Shown here piece by piece: positions 42,455 through 57,549 of a DNA stretch of 64,000 nucleotides. Made by a program: the position numbers and the translations under genes. The first letter of the stretch is position 1. Each line of letters opens with the position of its first letter. This stretch comes from Chrysomallon squamiferum (Eukaryota > Animalia > Mollusca): NCBI GenBank assembly GCA_012295275.1, contig CM022670.1, forward strand, positions 9,486,001 to 9,550,000, read 5' to 3'. The notes under the pieces were generated by a model. The model was not told where the DNA came from. It ran no database searches and worked only from the letters and a program-made list of their open reading frames with translations.

Positions 42455-43890
42455 CTATGACAACGGAGTGAACAGACTTGATCGGTCCTTGTTGAGCAGT
42501 CTTCGTTTTTTAACTCCACCTTTCAACGCTGGCAGTTTGTCGCTGTTTTCATCCTGCTCTTCCTGGCTGCTTGTTTTCTCAGATTCTTGGCTTGCTGTGT
42601 CTCCTGTTTTCTGTTTTCCTTTGCTGTTTCGTTTCCTCAAGTGCTTTACTGGTGATTTCTGAAATTCTTCTGAACTCCTGATGTTTTCATCACTGTCGAG
42701 CAGAACAACTTTTGTTCTTCTTCGATGTTTTTTAGAGCCGAATGAATTCGACTGGTCAACATCAACAGAAAATGTACTGTTCATGCTGCTGCTTTCACTG
42801 CTGAGAATTGAAGAACTCTGCTTTAAAAAAAAAAAAAAAAAAAAAATTTCAAAATGAAACCAAACAAAAAAAATTAAATTAAATATAGTTGAAAATCTTG
42901 ATATCTCTTGAAATGATTAATATATTATTTGCAATGCAAACATTTATTTACCCTGTACAAAATATCCAAACATAAATGAGTTTTAATTACTTCTTTTCCA
43001 ATTATCAGTCAAATTAAAACTTATAAACACCAAACAGTTAAGCATATCATATGAATGTTCTAACTCACATAAAAAAAATTGTTTTATATAAAAGTATTAT
43101 AAAAATTAACAACTCTTGGTTATGGTTTCTTCATCTTTGTTATAAACATACCTTTTTCTTAGTTATTCTTGGCTTTTTTCTTTTATACAGTGGAGTGGGC
43201 TGCCAGTCAGAATCACTCTCTTTGTCACTAGGAATATCATCCCAGTCATCAAAAAGCTCCTCTAATGTTAAAACTTCTTCTTCCTTTTGCTTTTTCTTTG
43301 GTTTTCTAGTTGGCTAAAATATCAAAGGATATCATTTTAACAAAGGAAGAAAAATAATACTGATAGTGTCATTTTTAAATAAAAAACCATGGGGAAAAAA
43401 CCCCCATCAAAAACAAAAAGAAACAAAAAACACACTCACACATATAGACATTTGGCTTTTCATCAGTTTTTCTACTCAGTCTTTCTACTCAGTCAGCTTT
43501 TTAATATTTGATTTAGTATTACAATACAAGAATTCTTTATATTTATCACCCCAAATCTGCATCCTCAAAAGAGAATACCACATGTTAACTATCAAAGTTG
43601 ATCTTTAATATTAATAATAAAAATATTAATAACATAATAATAAAATAATAATAATAATAATAATAATATCAAAAACAATAATAATGTAAGATAGAGGTCA
43701 ATGAAAAAATATATCAAAATATCAAAATATCGATCCTATGATTCATTTTACTATTTGTAACTAAATGTATAAATTTATCACCAACCTTAGGGACTGGAGT
43801 GAGGAATGGTGAAGTACCAGGTTCTGATAAACTTGGCATTAAAGCCATTTTCTTTCCTTGATACATGGCTCTGGTTAATTGCTTTAAAAG

Positions 43891-43921
<31 letters not shown>

Positions 43922-46908
43922 AATACCCAAAATTCAAATTACAGTTTCCAATACAATGGGAAGACATTTTTGCTTTAATCAAACAAATTAAAATAAACAG
44001 TATCTTACTTTTGAAGCTTTTTAATTATATGGTTTATCTACAACTAAATAATGTAATATGATTAAATAACAAATTTAGTTTTGATGACTTGTAAAATCAA
44101 CTCTGGAAAAAGCTGTGAATTTCTGACCTTTTTGAGAATCTCATTTTCTTCAGTTTTTTGTTGAAGTTGCTCATGCAGATTTTTGAATTTTTCTATCTCT
44201 GTCTCCTGTAAAATTGCAGAAAGAATAAAATAATTAAAAAAAAAAAAAAAAAAAATATTATCTGTTGTAGTTACCTGTTTTGTGTTTGTTGTTAAACTGC
44301 GTGAAAAACAGAACATTTTATTCCATCCTAAACAATGAACAATGTTAAATCGTATCACATCTTTTGTTAATACAAACTGCTGTAACATATTTACTGGTGT
44401 GTTTGTTCTTTTTCACCTCTCTGATAATAATAAAATAATAATTATCTACATAATAAGAATAGAGTTTTGCTTTTACTTCTTTTTTTGGATTATTTATTTT
44501 AAGAAACATTTCTCTAAGTACAATATAATGTCACCTGAAAATGAAATATGGCAAATGCACATTTCCTAAATGTATTTATTTCTATCACCACTGGTACAAT
44601 TTAAGCTTAAAATAATAATAATAACAGTAGTAGTAGTTGTAGTAGTAGTAGTAGTAGTAGCAGCAGCAATAGTAATATTTTTAGATTTACCTGGAATTTT
44701 AGTTTCTTTTTGATTTCATCATCAAGTGATGTGTTGATTTTCTCACTGTCAGCATTCAACTGACACAACAGATACAGAATCTAAACAAACATAATCAGTT
44801 ATATAATTATAATGTTACTGCACATAATTAATCATAAAATACCTCTATGAAAAGTATATATATATATATATTTTAAATATGAATATTCCCAAGTAAAAGT
44901 CCCTTCTAATAAAATATTAAATATTCCATTGTTTTTTCCTGATTTGCATAATATTCCATAAACCTAGCCAAACATGATATTCCATTATATCTTATCTTGT
45001 CAAAATTCTCCATAATATGTTTTAGATGCACTTTCAAAGTCAGCAAAGCACCAGAAACAGACACACAGTGGACAATCGATGCATAACCTATCAAATCTCA
45101 GCATTGTGCTCTGCCAAAGTTCACCATATACAAGAAAGAAATGACAGAAACTAGCCAGAAACATGCAGTGACAAAAAAAAAAAAAAATAAAAATAAATAA
45201 ATAAATAAAAATAAAAATAAATAAATAAATAAATAATAAAAAATAAATTTAACAAAACAAATAAATTAAAAATAAAAATAAAAAATCTATTCACCTTTTC
45301 CTCGTGTTCTCTCTGCACGGCTGTAATCTGCTGTTCATGCTGCTGTTTCAGATTTTTTATTTCTGACTCAAGTTTCTCAGCAGAATGACTCACATCCATG
45401 TTTACCTCTTGTACATCTTTCAGTTCAGACCGAGTTACTGAAACATCAGCTTTAGCAGCAACAGCCTGCAGAAATCAAAGTTATTTATTTCCAGGAATTA
45501 CCAAAAACATTTAACTGGCAAACTTAATATACACAAAAATCATAATGAATTATTATCTAAGTCTTCAGTAAAAATATGTCATTAAAACTGTACCTGAATA
45601 TGAAGAATTAAAAAATAAATAAATAAATAAATAAATAAAAATAAAAATATAAATAATAAATAATAAATAATAAATAATAAATAATAAATAATAAATAATA
45701 AAATATAAATAAATAATATTCAGTACTAATCTCTACTTTGTTGTGTTTATGTACTCAACACAATGCTGCCTAAAATATCACATGAAACATTTTATCTCAT
45801 CTTTGTTAGACACATCATGATCGATTACAGCAGAATTGTAAGTGAAAACACCAATAGTCTGATTCAAACACCTCATATAAATAATAAGGGAGTTAAATAT
45901 AAAACAAAAAAGGAAAAGAATTTAATAAATACCTGATCCAGCAACCACTTGAGTGCTATCTTTGCCTCTGTCATTGTATGTAAATTCTCCCATGTTGATT
46001 TTCCTTTACTGTCTGCAAGAAGCACACAAAAAGTTTATTTTAAAATAAAACAGTTAACAATTTTCAAACACTGATGAGTGGTGGTTCACAAAAGTTTAAT
46101 TTTTTTTTTAAAAATCAAGATAAGCTCAAATGTAAGGAGTGACAGTACATCTAATTTTTGTTTTTGTCTTGTTTAAGGCAGGAAACTACCATCTACATTC
46201 AAATGAAAAAATCATCCATCTCTCCTCCAAGTTCTTTAAGATACAAAGAGAGAGAAAAAGATGATTTTTATTTTACTGTTATCAATATTTACTCTTTCAA
46301 TATACATATATATTTGAAAGGGTGAATAATGATAATTGTGTAATGTATATAAATAAGCAAACACTTCAAAAATAAAACAGAAAAATGAAAACAAGAACAA
46401 ATAAAAAAGAAGATACCTTGATCAGCATCAACAATTTTTTGTTGAAGATCAGCAATTTGAACATTTCTGAAAAACACAAAGCAATTTATATACAAAAAGT
46501 ATTCTTATTGCAGTTGTCTAACACTTCATATAACTTAGATAAAAACAGACTATCAGCAAATTATATTCTATAAGTTAAATAGTAGTCTGTATCATTTGGA
46601 AAAAAATACAGAGAAAGAATTCCATAGATCTATATTCCATTTAAAAAGAATTTGAAAGAATTAGATAAAAAATCCAAATAAAACAACTAATCAATCATGG
46701 TTAATATTTCTGCACAGGATTCACATCTGACCTCAGTTCAATTTCAGTTTCCAGCAATTTAATTTCTTTCTGATGTGCTTCTTCATCAAATGATTTGTCT
46801 GCCATTATATCCTGAAACACAATAAAACAGTCATTTTCATAAATTGATATCCTGTGAGGAAAACACCAAATAATTTTTTTTGTTTTTATAAATAAACAAA
46901 CAAACAAA

Positions 46909-46947
<39 letters not shown>

Positions 46948-47726
46948 CAATAACAATATATCAAATTGTAGTAACTTAACCATTTATTTTCACCCCAAGT
47001 TATTTTCCCTTGAACATTTTGAATGTGTTTCAAACACTTTCTAAATATAAATTTTTGGTGTTTGTTTAATTATTTATTCAACAAATGTTTCATTCAAAAG
47101 AAAATATAGAAAAAATAAAAATAATAATATTTTTTTTTTAAAAATGTATAAAAATTAAATTTATTTTCTTTGCTAACTTCACTATAATGATTTGTCAATA
47201 TTCATAATTTATGTTTTACTCTTTATTTTTTATTCAGAAAAAAATATTAAATTAAAAAAAATAAAAAAATATATATAAATATATATATTTTTAAAATGTA
47301 TAAAAATTAAATCAGACATACATTTTAATTTCTGAAATTCAATAAAATGATTTGATATATTCATAAAAATTAAATGTTATTACCTTTTCTGTATTTTTCA
47401 GTTCTGTCAACTGGCTGGTGAGAAGTTTTCTGTCATTCAGTAAACTGCTCAGGTGGTACTTGGCTTCATTAATACCAACACGTACATCCAGTTCATGACT
47501 TAACCATGACTGCAAAACAAATTAAATAGTAATATAAATGTTCAGTGAAATCTTATATCTTCAAATATTTGCCAAATAATGAAAAGTAGAAAGAAAAATC
47601 ATGTAATAATTGCACGCAAATGAATCATCTAAGATTGTTTGTTTTTAACTGATTAAACAAAAGAAAGAAATTGTTTTTAAATTATTCTGCTGAAAATTTG
47701 AATATCCTGCAAAGAATGAAGTAGGA

Positions 47727-47768
<42 letters not shown>

Positions 47769-50700
47769 ATAAATTAAAACAGAGTATCAAATAATAAATA
47801 CAAAACTTTAAAATAAGCAAAGAATTCTTTTATCATTTTTATTGCAAAATTTCTGGGCTAGTATGGGGAATATTTCATCTGTAATAATTTCATGATTTAT
47901 TTCTTAAACACTGTATAATGACAACTATTTACCCGAACTCTCTTCCCAATAGATGTGCTGTCATATTTGTCAAGTTTCTGACTTCGTTCCTCCATAACAG
48001 CTTTTTGTCTTGCGAGTGCATCCTTCAATCTCTTGTTGGCTGCAGCAGCCTAGAGAAAAATAAATTTAAAACCTAATGAAACATTTTAAATTATTAAATA
48101 ATATTAATAAACCTTTACTATTTTTTTTTTAAAATTAAAATAAGCAAGTATCTAATATACCTGTTTTTAGAACAGAAATGGACAAAAACAGATTTTTTTT
48201 TCGTTGTGGACTTTTAGGAAATTAAAACAAAGAAGGGGTGTTTGTGATGCTTTTTAAAAAGAAAATCAAGGATTAATAAAGACTGAAAATGAAATTAGAG
48301 AATTTGATGATTTATTCAAATGAAACTGTCAGTTTAGGCTGTGTTAAATATGAAAGACCTTGACAACATTATTAACATTGTATTAACAAACATAAAAGAT
48401 TTAATGAAAATATTTGATGCACATATTTTTTTTCTGTTACCTGAACAGCATCATCAACAACAACCACAAAAAAGAGCAAAAAAATTTTCAGTTTTAGGAA
48501 AGATTTCTGAAATAAAGAAGAAAAAATACCTCTTCAGCTTTCCTTCTGAGTACATTTTGTTGCTTTTCATGATTTTTCTGCATCTTTGCCATTTCAAACT
48601 GCTGTTTCCTGCCCTGAAAGCAATATACAAGTTATATGTTATTTTCTCCTATTATACAGTGTGAAAAACAAGTAATCATTACCCCAAAATATCAAGCTAA
48701 TACCAATATTCACTAAAAAAAAACTGGAATGGGAAAAAAACCTCCACCCAAAAAAGCTCCCAATTTGTTAGGTAAGCATTTCATAAATGATTATCACTAA
48801 TCCTTCCTGCTTGATTTTGTGCACCTCAAATTCATTCATAGATGACTCTCACGGATATTACAGCTGATATATTTAAAATTTGTTACCCTTGAGAAAAAAA
48901 AAAAAAAACTTACTTTCTGTTGTAGCTGTAAAACTTCTTTGTCTTTCTGCTGTTTCCATTTGCGGAACTGTTCAGCATCTTCTTTCATCTGTTTCATTAA
49001 TTTAACTCGTTGCTGTTTCATTGCCTGTGTAGATAAGAATGAAAGAAAATAATAAAAAAATAATAATAAAAGAGCAAAAGTATTATTAATTCTAAATTGC
49101 AATCTGGGTTTTCATACATTTTGAAAACATTTATTATTGTTCTGCAAGTATATTCATTTATATCTTAGTTTGTCCCCAATGAGCATATTCATATATATCA
49201 TTGTAGTTAAGTAGTTTGATGCCCATCTTGATAAAAATAAATAAATAAAAGAACAATAAAACATTAAGTGTCTTTATGGTTAACTAAAAAGAAAAACAAT
49301 CAAATAGAGAGGACATAGTTGTATATTTTTATGTCACAGTATTTCAAATTCAAAAATAAAAATGTGCACAGGAGATGCTAATATAAAACTGACAAAACAA
49401 CAACATATCTATATTATAATAATTAAAAAAACAAAGAAAAACATGTTAAAAGATAATTTTTGTTTTGTAATTTATACCTGAATATCTGAATTGAGTTTAT
49501 AGACTTGTTTTTCAGACTGATCCTTCATCTTCAGCATTTTGTTTTGTTCATTTATTTTTCTCTTGAAGTTTGATATTTGACTTTCAAGTTCCTGAAGTCT
49601 TCTGCGACGTTGTTCACTAACCCTGGATAATACAATCATAATCAGAGAATTAGCAAATGGGAAGAAAATTTATGTAAATTATTATTGATTCATGACTCCC
49701 AAATATTTGATCATGTGATGTTTGTATCTTTAAATTAGAAAATTTAAAATGTTTAAAAAATGAAAAGCATTTCCTTTATCCCACCTTCTGAAAGAACTAC
49801 AGAAATGTTTCCATGACGACTTACTTAGAAGCTGCTGTATTTGTTCTGGCATCCATTAGTGCTTGAGACATTTGTTCCTTCTCCCTTTGTAGCTCAGCCA
49901 CTTTGCTTTCCATTTCTTTAACTGTTTGCTGGAAATCAGAGTACATTTATGCTCATTAAATCCGTGTGTCAAAATTGAAAAACAGAATTTTTAAATCCTT
50001 CAAAAAGTGTTAAAATGAATAATAATAACAAAAATTAAAATAAAAAAAATAATAATAATAATTAAAAAGAACTAAAAAAATTTAAAATTAATTTCTAACT
50101 ATGTAACACAATAAAACAATATTTAAAAAAAATCTTAATTCATTGATTTTTTTTTTTTTTTAATTACCACTGATAACACATCAACTTATTAAAAACACTA
50201 CATAATTCATAAAACCTTGCTGGGACTTTGATAAAAATTTTGGTGACACATACTTCATAGTGCTCTCTGACGGTATCCATCTTGCTGTCGTTGTGAGACA
50301 TCTGATTGGCCAGTTCTTCTTTCCGTGCTAGCAGTTTGTTTAGCTCTTCTAACTCCCTCCCCATCTGAGCCTGACGGAGAGCGTACTGGTTTGAAATTGC
50401 ACGTGTGTCTGGAGTGCATGGGAGGTTTTCCACGTCATCCTACAAGTCAAAGAAAAACAGTTTCAGCAAACTACAAATCTACAATATGATGACTATTGAC
50501 TGTAAAAATGTTTAAGGTACTGAAATTTAATTTACACTTTGATTTTTGCAAATGTTTACTACTATCCTGTTTCCACTGTAAATCATAAAATATAATTATG
50601 ATTAATTACAAAATGCTGACTAATATGTATAAATTAATAAACCATGACCAGTTATAAATAATTTAATTTCTAATAAGAATATTTCTAGCTGTGTTAGTTT

Positions 50701-53700
50701 TGTAACTCAACCACTGTAAGATTACTGTGATCAGATTATTTCACATTACCTCTTCAGATTCTTCACCCTCAGTGGAAAACAGATTATCTTCCTTTTCACT
50801 ATCAGACTGAAATATACAAATTACAGTTTATCAAATACCAAACTGAAATTTATTTCTATAACACTAATCCAGCAGTGTATAATTAAAACAATAACTGAAC
50901 ATTTAAAAAAATTAAATTATTGTAAAAAAAAAAAAAAAAAAAATCCAAATAAAATAAGAGTAACAGAAAATAATTTACAATCATTCATTTTAGAAAATTG
51001 TTACTTAAAAGCCTGAATATCCCAAGAGAAGATAATTTATAATTAAGCAAACCCACTACTTTTAGCCTTGATTACATCAGAAATGAAAAATTGTCTTGCA
51101 TATATAGAATTTCTGGTCTATTACTTTAGATTTTTTTTCAAAAAAAAATAAAGAAGCTGTTTTCCCTGATTTTCATATTTCATACAGTTGTATTATTTTT
51201 TTGTTTTAATTATTATTATTTTTGTTTTCTTTGTTGTTTCTTTAAAAAAAAAGAAGATTTGTTTTGTGTTTTTTTGTCTATTCTAATCATTCTTACCTGA
51301 GATTTCAATGTCTCTGCCAGTCTTTTTAGTTTCTCTAACTCTTCTTTCACATTTGGGTTCGCCTCTACATCTATACTTGTACTCAGAAGCTCAAAGTCAA
51401 CACTGTGAAAAAAATATTAAATATTAATAAACAGAAAATAGAAAGTTTATTATTAAAAGGACCAATAATGATGATAATACTTGTGAGGTTAAACAGATGG
51501 ATTTCATAAAGAGAAATGTGCAAACCTCTGAGGACAAAGTATGGTTGATTATTAAAAACCAAAATATCTGTTTCAGCTGTTTATGTATTTATTTAACATT
51601 ACCCTGTTTGCAATTTGAATTCTCTGAGTTTTCCTTTCAGCTTGTCACGAACCATCTCAAGATGGATTGCTCTTTCTAGGGTTTTAGTATTTTGGTCCAC
51701 CAGTTTCTGTAGTTCTTGTGAAAGTTCATTGTTTTCCTCCTTAAGTATTAATAAACAATACAATAATAAATATCAGCGATAATAATTGGAAGATAATAAT
51801 TGGGCAATAAAAGTTGTAATTTATTACATTATTCCTTAGAAGTTAGAGGGGCCAAAAAAAACCCAAAATAATAAAATTATTTTGTTTTCCTTTTAAATTT
51901 AAAAAAATAATAAAATAAAATAAAATATTATTATACTGGTTTCTGAAATTCAAAGTCAAATGAGGGGAAAACAAAATAAATAAATAAATATTTTTCTTAA
52001 ATTTTACTGAAATGACAGAAAGAGTAACATATATATACCTCCAAAGCTTTCAACTTGTCCATTAAGTTCTTATCATTTGCAGAGTTGTTATTGCTGAAAG
52101 CACAGAGAAACATTAATGTAGAAACAAAGTTTTATATGCATGTGCACTGATATTTATTATCTTTCAATACCTAAAATGAGAATTATATTTTAAAAATGAT
52201 AAATGTTTTTAATCTGTAAATCTTCAAATGACACTTTCATATTGTCTATTTTTTAGAAACTGACCTGAAATCAGTTATAGAAGTCAAAAGAAAAATTCAA
52301 CAAAATTTAAGGTACAGGTTGAAGATCCCTTATCCAAATTTTTTTCTGAACAGTAGAAATAATAACGTTTTACAGTTTATTGGACTTTTTTGCATATACA
52401 GGCCATATTTTATGCACAAATTTATTAAAATATTATCAAAAAGATCTTGCAGACTATCATGTAAATGGAATTCATATTTAGATGTAGATCTTATTTTCAT
52501 GCTATCTCTTTATATTCCAAAATCCCAAACACTTCATGTCACAAACATTCCAGATAAAGGATTCTCAACCTGTATGACATAAGATATAACTGAAATTTTG
52601 TAATATTACTATAAAAATACCTGTTAATAAAATTCTGTGATAAAACATTATTTGTTGTTCCATTTGTGCCTCCTTGAAAAAGTTGAACCTGCAACTCCTG
52701 AACCTGAAGAAATAATACAAAAATTAGATTAAATTTGTTTTAAATGTTTTAAGTTTGTTTACCAACAGTAAAGCTATTTATTAGTTGAAGTATACTTATT
52801 ATGACATAAGCCAAATATACTTTGAATGTTTTAATAGTTTTTAATTTGTATTTTTAACAGTTTTGTTGATTAAATAGAATGGAAAATAATTCATACCATG
52901 AAAAGCCAAAAAATAAAAAAACAAAGGAAAAACAAATCAAACAATTAAAATAATTTTTTTTTTTTTTTTAAAAACTGAGAGTAAAATTTGCAAAATGCTG
53001 CATATTCAATCTGCTGAATTTTTAATTTGTTTTAATTTTTTTTTAACATGAACGGATTAGAATGTGAGACAGAACAAAAGGAAAATGAGAAACTTTGCTT
53101 TATTTATTTCGATGATTGGTGTTCAGTAAACAATCACTCATAAGCATCCAAAATATATTTGGGCTATTTGTTCATAACTTTAAATGTGTTATTAAACTTT
53201 CAGCGTAAGAATTTTTTTTGTTTTTAAGTATATAAACTCACCAGTGATTTCAGTCTCATTATTTCAGCTGTCTGAGGGTCTCTGTTAATGACTGGTTTAT
53301 TTTTTATCTTCCTTGCTCTGTCAGCATAACGTAAAGTGTTCAATGTCTCCTCTAAGTTAGAATCTGCTGGACTCACACAGGCTATCATTAGAGTGTCACT
53401 GTTACCACCAAGTGAATCTGAAATGTGTAAATGTATTTTTATGCTACAGAAAAACTTTTTTTTTTTTTTTTGCAATTATCTTAAGTGTTAACATGAAAAC
53501 AAAAATAGTTTTAAAATGTCTTTTAAGAGGTAGGCTGCCTGTATTAAAATTGTAATCTATAATATTTATTATTATATTTTGTTTTATTTTAGAAAAATAA
53601 TATGCTCATTTGTTTACATCCAACATAACACTGAATGATTGTCGAAGTATTTTAAATCTGCATAACAGTAATAATAATTAAAAATTATTTGCATTTCCAT

Positions 53701-56616
53701 ACTTAAACTGAAAATTAAAAATAGTTTTAAAGGGCAGAACTTTGTAACAACTATCTACTATAAATAAACGTTACAGAAGTGAGCACACACCTTGTAAAAG
53801 TCTGGTCAGCTTGGAGTCTCTGTAAGGTATGTAATTACGTTTCTGTGACTCTTCACCAAGAGCACTGATCACATTGCCCAAAGCAAGCAGGCCTTTATTA
53901 ATGTTGATACCTTTTATAAAATCACAAAAATATTTGCAGGATTTCTTGTTAACAAAAAGAACATACATGAAATATTAATGATCTTTACATCCATCAACAA
54001 ATTATTAAAGTTTTATTTGATATTTTTTAAATTCTAATAAAAGAAAACGTGATAAATCAGAACATAGTAGAAATGTATCAGACAAGAGTTGTCTCTCTTT
54101 GTTTTTGCCATTTCTAAAATTTCAAATTGGTCTAATGCCTTATTACAGGACGGGATGTATATTTAAAACAAAGTAAATATTTTTCCTACCTTCTTTGAAT
54201 CTTTCACCTTCTGCCATTGTTCGCTTTGCTCGTTCAGATCCAGCAAGATCAACAAGATGGAATTTAGATCTCAGAATGTCCCTAAAAACACACACACGCA
54301 CAAAAATTATTTAATTTAAGAAATCATTGATTAAATATCTGTAAAGAAAATGAATGATAAATTTAAGTCAAAATAGTCTGAGTTTAATTCAACTTGCGAG
54401 ATTCTGAATCAAATGCAGTTAAACACATAAATTAAAAGATCTGAGTTACCTACTATTTAATATTTATTATTGTTAAAATCATTTTTTTAATATTTAGTAT
54501 TTATTTAAAATGATTTTGATGCATGAGGAATGTATTTTGAGTAAATAATATATCCTACATAACACATGCATTTACATAATTATCCTCAAAAAAAAAACTA
54601 ACCATATGAAATTCAAAAAGCATATCTTTTAACTTAGTAATATAACCTCTATACTTGGATAGTATATTTTTGGAATGCCTGTAATATAATTTTATATGTA
54701 AAATGTAAAATATGTAAAATACTAACATTCCATCTTTTTTGCTGGTTTGTTCTATGTGAATGGTGAATATAGCATGTGATCGACTAGAAGCAGTGTTCAT
54801 TGCTGTGGAACCAGTTGTTCTTCCAAGTGATCCTTGAGCAAAACATCGAAGTGTCTCTTCATAACTTGTAACCAGAACCTCTCTAAGACCCTGAATCTTA
54901 GAAGAGAAAAAACAACCCACGAACATAAATATATAAATAAATAATAAAATTAAAGCAAATTAATAAATAAAAATAAAAAGATAGTAACAGTTTGTTTTCT
55001 TTCAATATCATACAGATATTTATCAAAAGTTAATTAAGGCTGAATACACTGAGATGAAATTTTGTAGTTAGTGATTTAATCTATTAATGACCAGAATAGG
55101 AACATGGTTTTGTTGGATTATGTTTTTTGTTTCTCAAAATGTCTTTTTCATTCCTACATTTTATCTTTCTTAGCTTTATTATGTTCATAAACATGTCATG
55201 GAATCCCTGGAAGCTTGTTAAATATTGGAGTTTACCTTGATAGCACCTTGAAGTTCTTCTCTGATTGAGAGAGATTCTCGCTTTGATGGAGGACAGAGCA
55301 AATCATTTAAGTCTTCATTGTGGATCTGTGGAATTAAAGCAGCAATATTTATATAAGAGATTAACAATCAGCAGTATTCACATAGCAGAATTAACACAGA
55401 GCAGTACCCACAGATTAATTACTTCAACAATACTAATGCAGCATAAGTTCAAACTGTTTTAATATTTATTAATAACACTTCTTAGTCTTCACAATATATT
55501 TCTCGTTTAAAAACAGTGGAAGAAGAAATTTATTTTTACTGTAAATTGGAAAATGATTGAAATCAACTGATAAAACTAAGAAGGACTGATACCAGCTGTA
55601 CCAAACTTAAGGCTTGTGAAAAGCTTAAAAAATATAATCTGTGATGTAAGTAACACTGAAAGTATTCAGATGCATTACCATACAGAATTCTTGATATTAG
55701 TTGATACAATCTGGGTAAATAACAAATAATAATAAATTAAATTAATTAAATAAATTAAATAATAAAATCTGAACATACCTCAAGATAAGACACCTTGACC
55801 TGGAAATGTTTTTCTTCTGACAGCATATTAATTTTATTGAAAAGTTCTTGGAGGACTCTGGGGATGACACCTAGATCATTTTCATCTTCTTCTTGTGAGG
55901 AACAAGTGGCAAAGCACCCACCCATGGTGTATGTTTTACCACTTCCTGTCTGACCATAGGCCAGAACTGTCGCATTACAACCTGAAATTAAGTTAACATT
56001 TAAAGAGAAGCCTGGAACAATTTAGACAATTCTATTGAACAGAAGCATAAAATGAAGCAGCCAATAATAAAGAATAAACAATGAAAAATAAAGATGTGAA
56101 AAAATTAAATGTTATTACTATTGGTTTTACTTGTTGGTAATTTGTGACATTTTTCAACATTTCTTAGTAAATATAACCATATAGAAATGCATTCCTTGAT
56201 ATATCATTAGGCTATTTCTATTTTTAACCAAAATACATTTAAAAAACCCAGCAACCAAAAAATGCAGAAAAGATAAACAAACCAATATATATGTAAAATT
56301 AACAGACATGATAATAATAATAATAATAATAAACAGACAACATAACTGTGTAATAATTAACACATGCAAATAAAGCAAATGAATATATACCTTTCATTAT
56401 ACTTCTTATTAATGGCTTCACAGATTCATTGTAAACAACATCCTGTGCTTTCTGTGGTGAAAACACAAAGTCATAAGTGAATGCTTTGTCGACACCCATT
56501 ATTATCTGAGGTTCGTTTGGTGTAAACCTCACACACAGCTGACATCCTTCTGTCAGTTCTTTTGAAATCAGCGGCCGGCAACGCACAGCTACTCGAACAG
56601 GAATAACTTTGTCCAT
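42455..56616 (-). CDS. KIF4: Chromokinesin KIF4 (kinesin-4), ~28 coding exons
   Basis: [17 protein letters not shown]-loop [71 protein letters not shown] and [18 protein letters not shown]; KIF4 stalk [27 protein letters not shown]; tail KKRRLL..SLFTPLS*. ATG at 56614-56616, TAG at 42455-42457. Confidence 0.95.
52315..52572. mobile_element. 258-bp Tigger/pogo-like non-autonomous DNA transposon (MITE) in a KIF4 intron
   Basis: TA-CAGGTTGAAGATCCCTTATCC ... GATAAAGGATTCTCAACCTG-TA: terminal inverted repeats with TA target duplication. Same terminal family as 4501-4575. Confidence 0.82.
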
Positions 56617-57549
56617 TGGAACTGCAGAAAACAAGACTGATATATAAACTTGTTATTAAACAATAACAACTAATGAACAATAGACAGATAGACAGAAAAA
56701 TAGATAATATACAGATACAGATACAAATTCACAAGCCTAGTCTTTTTCAAAACTAATGATTAAATTAATAGCTAAAAATTTGAAAGTACAAAAATCTATC
56801 TCAGTAACATAATAAACCAAAAGACTGTTTCTCTCATGTAATGAGCAGATGTGGATTTATACAAGTTACAGTTAAGTAAATCACCTTAAATATAATATCT
56901 GTCTTGCTTTGTGATAACCAAATGACTGACCAAGTAATTGTTTGACTAAAGTGATTCTATGATATTAAATGTTTTAACAATTCAGATTAAACAAATTACA
57001 CAAATTATTATTAGTATTATGATTATTAAAATTATAATAACCAAATAAGTTAATTAAAATGTATACAACAGACGTGTTCCTCCTTTGTCCAGATGTCTTA
57101 CTATTTTCGTAACTATCAGTATCACTAATCCAGCGTTCTTATAAATAATTAAATGAATAAGCACTGGTGAAAGAAAATGTTTACAAAACAAAGTCGAGAA
57201 TCTATAACTAAGTTTCGTAACTATAAGTATAAGATACTGAAGGTTTAACATTTTAAAGTTTATGAAATTAATAATTATGTTATAGTCTTATACCATAATG
57301 ATAATATGTACTATTATTTTGTGACATTCGACTATACTAGACAGATTATCGACCATCACTAGCTAATTTAATAAGTACTGTTTATCATTTTACAGTTTTC
57401 TGCCTTGATTCTTTGAACTATCAAGTAATAGTATCAATTATCTTTCTCGACTTTTATTCAATCATTTATCGTCGAAACTTGGACACAATCGCGTAGATCG
57501 TCCTTTATTAACTATTACTGGCAGTGGATGGATGACAAATCTGACATAC

